Source: Candidatus Korarchaeum cryptofilum OPF8
GTDB lineage: Archaea > Korarchaeota > Korarchaeia > Korarchaeales > Korarchaeaceae
Assembly (NCBI RefSeq): GCF_000019605.1
Contig: NC_010482.1
Span: 1,440,001 to 1,472,000, forward strand
DNA length: 32,000 nt
Reading direction: 5' to 3'
Positions 31,212 to 32,000 of this stretch are shown here, piece after piece. The position numbers were made by a program, and so were the translations under genes. The notes beneath the pieces were generated by a model, which saw nothing but the letters and a program-made list of their open reading frames with translations, did no database searches and was not told the origin of the DNA. Within the stretch, counting starts at the first letter, position 1, and the number at the start of each line of letters is the position of its first letter.

Positions 31212-32000
31212 TTATAGAGAGTTTATATTCTGAACCTTGGGGAGGAGCTCGGGGGCATTCTTCATGATCCCTATCTTGGGCTTATTGAACCTCCTCAGCT
31301 CCTTATCTATCGCCTCCTGAAGCTCACCGTACCACTCGAATCCCATGGACCTCGCTTCATCCTCCCTTATTCCCTCCGATACTATGACTACTCTGATCCT
31401 CGACCTGATCTTAGACCACACCATTGAATTCGCTGCCCCTATGAGGTCCTTAACGAACCCCGATCTCACCCTCCTATCTATCTCCTCCGGTGGCAGTCCT
31501 GCGAGCTCTATCACCTCAGGATGAGTTCTAGCAACTCCTTCTGGGCATGGTGTCACGAGGATCAATGTACCCCCATCCCTGAGCACCATATCAGCTGGAT
31601 ATAGGGATTTATGCGCCTGCCAGAACTCTATATCAGCCGGATAGCTACTCGCTATCACGATATCGAGATTCCCCGGGGATTCAACCTCGTATATCTTCCT
31701 GGACTCCTTCACGGCTTCCTTGAACACTTCCTTAACTCCTCCGACCCCTATCCAAGTGGGTCTGCCAATACCATCGACCACTAGATCTATTAAACCCCTA
31801 AGACCAGCTTTCTCCGCAACTAAGTCCATTAAATTCCTTACTTCATTTTCTTCGATGCCAAGAAAGCTTCTCCTAAGCCTGGCGCTTAGCATATGCATCT
31901 CTCCCACAGTTCTCTCGCCAGAAACACCCGGGAGGACTATCTTGGAACCACCTGAGAATCCTGAGACATGATGGGGCGTAACGCAACCAATTCCTATCGA
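31212..32000 (-). CDS. LarA-like (DUF2088, nickel-pincer lactate racemase family) protein, 5'-partial at the window edge
   Basis: The frame is open from 32000 downward: SIGIGCVTPHHVSGFSGGSKIVLPGV... (the PHxxxGFSGGxK LarA motif). It continues into the ORF-track 231-aa ORF (...LILVTPCPEGV...). The GTG at 31907 is therefore internal. Confidence 0.7.
   Translation of the reverse strand, partial: SIGIGCVTPHHVSGFSGGSKIVLPGVSGERTVGEMHMLSARLRRSFLGIEENEVRNLMDLVAEKAGLRGLIDLVVDGIGRPTWIGVGGVKEVFKEAVKESRKIYEVESPGNLDIVIASSYPADIEFWQAHKSLYPADMVLRDGGTLILVTPCPEGVARTHPEVIELAGLPPEEIDRRVRSGFVKDLIGAANSMVWSKIRSRIRVVIVSEGIREDEARSMGFEWYGELQEAIDKELRRFNKPKIGIMKNAPELLPKVQNINSL

Noticed and set aside
1-32000. CRISPR arrays, IS elements, toxin-antitoxin or defence islands
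   Set aside because: I saw no regularly spaced direct repeats, no terminal inverted repeats and no transposase, integrase, Cas or nuclease-helicase defence signatures in any frame of the ORF track.

Overview
Dense archaeal chromosomal window. It is about 90% coding and looks mid-40s to ~50% GC by eye. Many genes have 1-38 nt overlaps and many use non-ATG starts. I support 37 CDS (one is too short for the ORF track) and four intron-less tRNAs without encoded CCA: Thr-GGU, Gly-UCC, Leu-UAG and Ser-UGA.

The content is overwhelmingly housekeeping and diagnostic of Archaea:
- Basal transcription: TFB, RpoP/Rpo12 and TBP within 2.5 kb.
- Protein turnover and processing: proteasome beta subunit, archaeal signal peptidase, MetAP.
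- Central and lipid metabolism: bifunctional FBP aldolase/phosphatase, archaeal TIM, DGGGP synthase.
- Nucleic-acid and tRNA enzymes: Hjc resolvase, tRNA-splicing endonuclease, Sua5-Kae1 (t6A), cytidylate kinase, archease.
- Translation: an NFACT/Rqc2 homologue and the uL3-uL4-uL23-uL2-uS19 block.

I see no CRISPR array, transposase, integrase or recognisable defence system. The lineage cannot be fixed without a database search; a thermophilic TACK/Korarchaeota-like archaeon is only a guess.

Nothing here is an unambiguous new system. The best leads are:
1. An overlapping sua5-kae1 pair in which the conserved Kae1 N-terminus has no canonical start codon.
2. A tightly coupled NFACT/Rqc2 plus three CBS-domain gene operon.
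3. An AT-richer two-gene unit between two tRNAs. It encodes a secreted, membrane-anchored protein with a clan-CD (gingipain-like) His/Cys dyad and a small coupled partner.
4. Two adjacent apparently degenerate hydrolases: a proteasome beta subunit with Ala at the Thr1 position and an M20 protein lacking two catalytic Glu.
5. An unusual AT-rich repeat tract and a mini-uORF in front of tfb.
6. A tRNA-Gly with C33.

All functional calls come from motif recognition by eye, and start codons are the least certain part.
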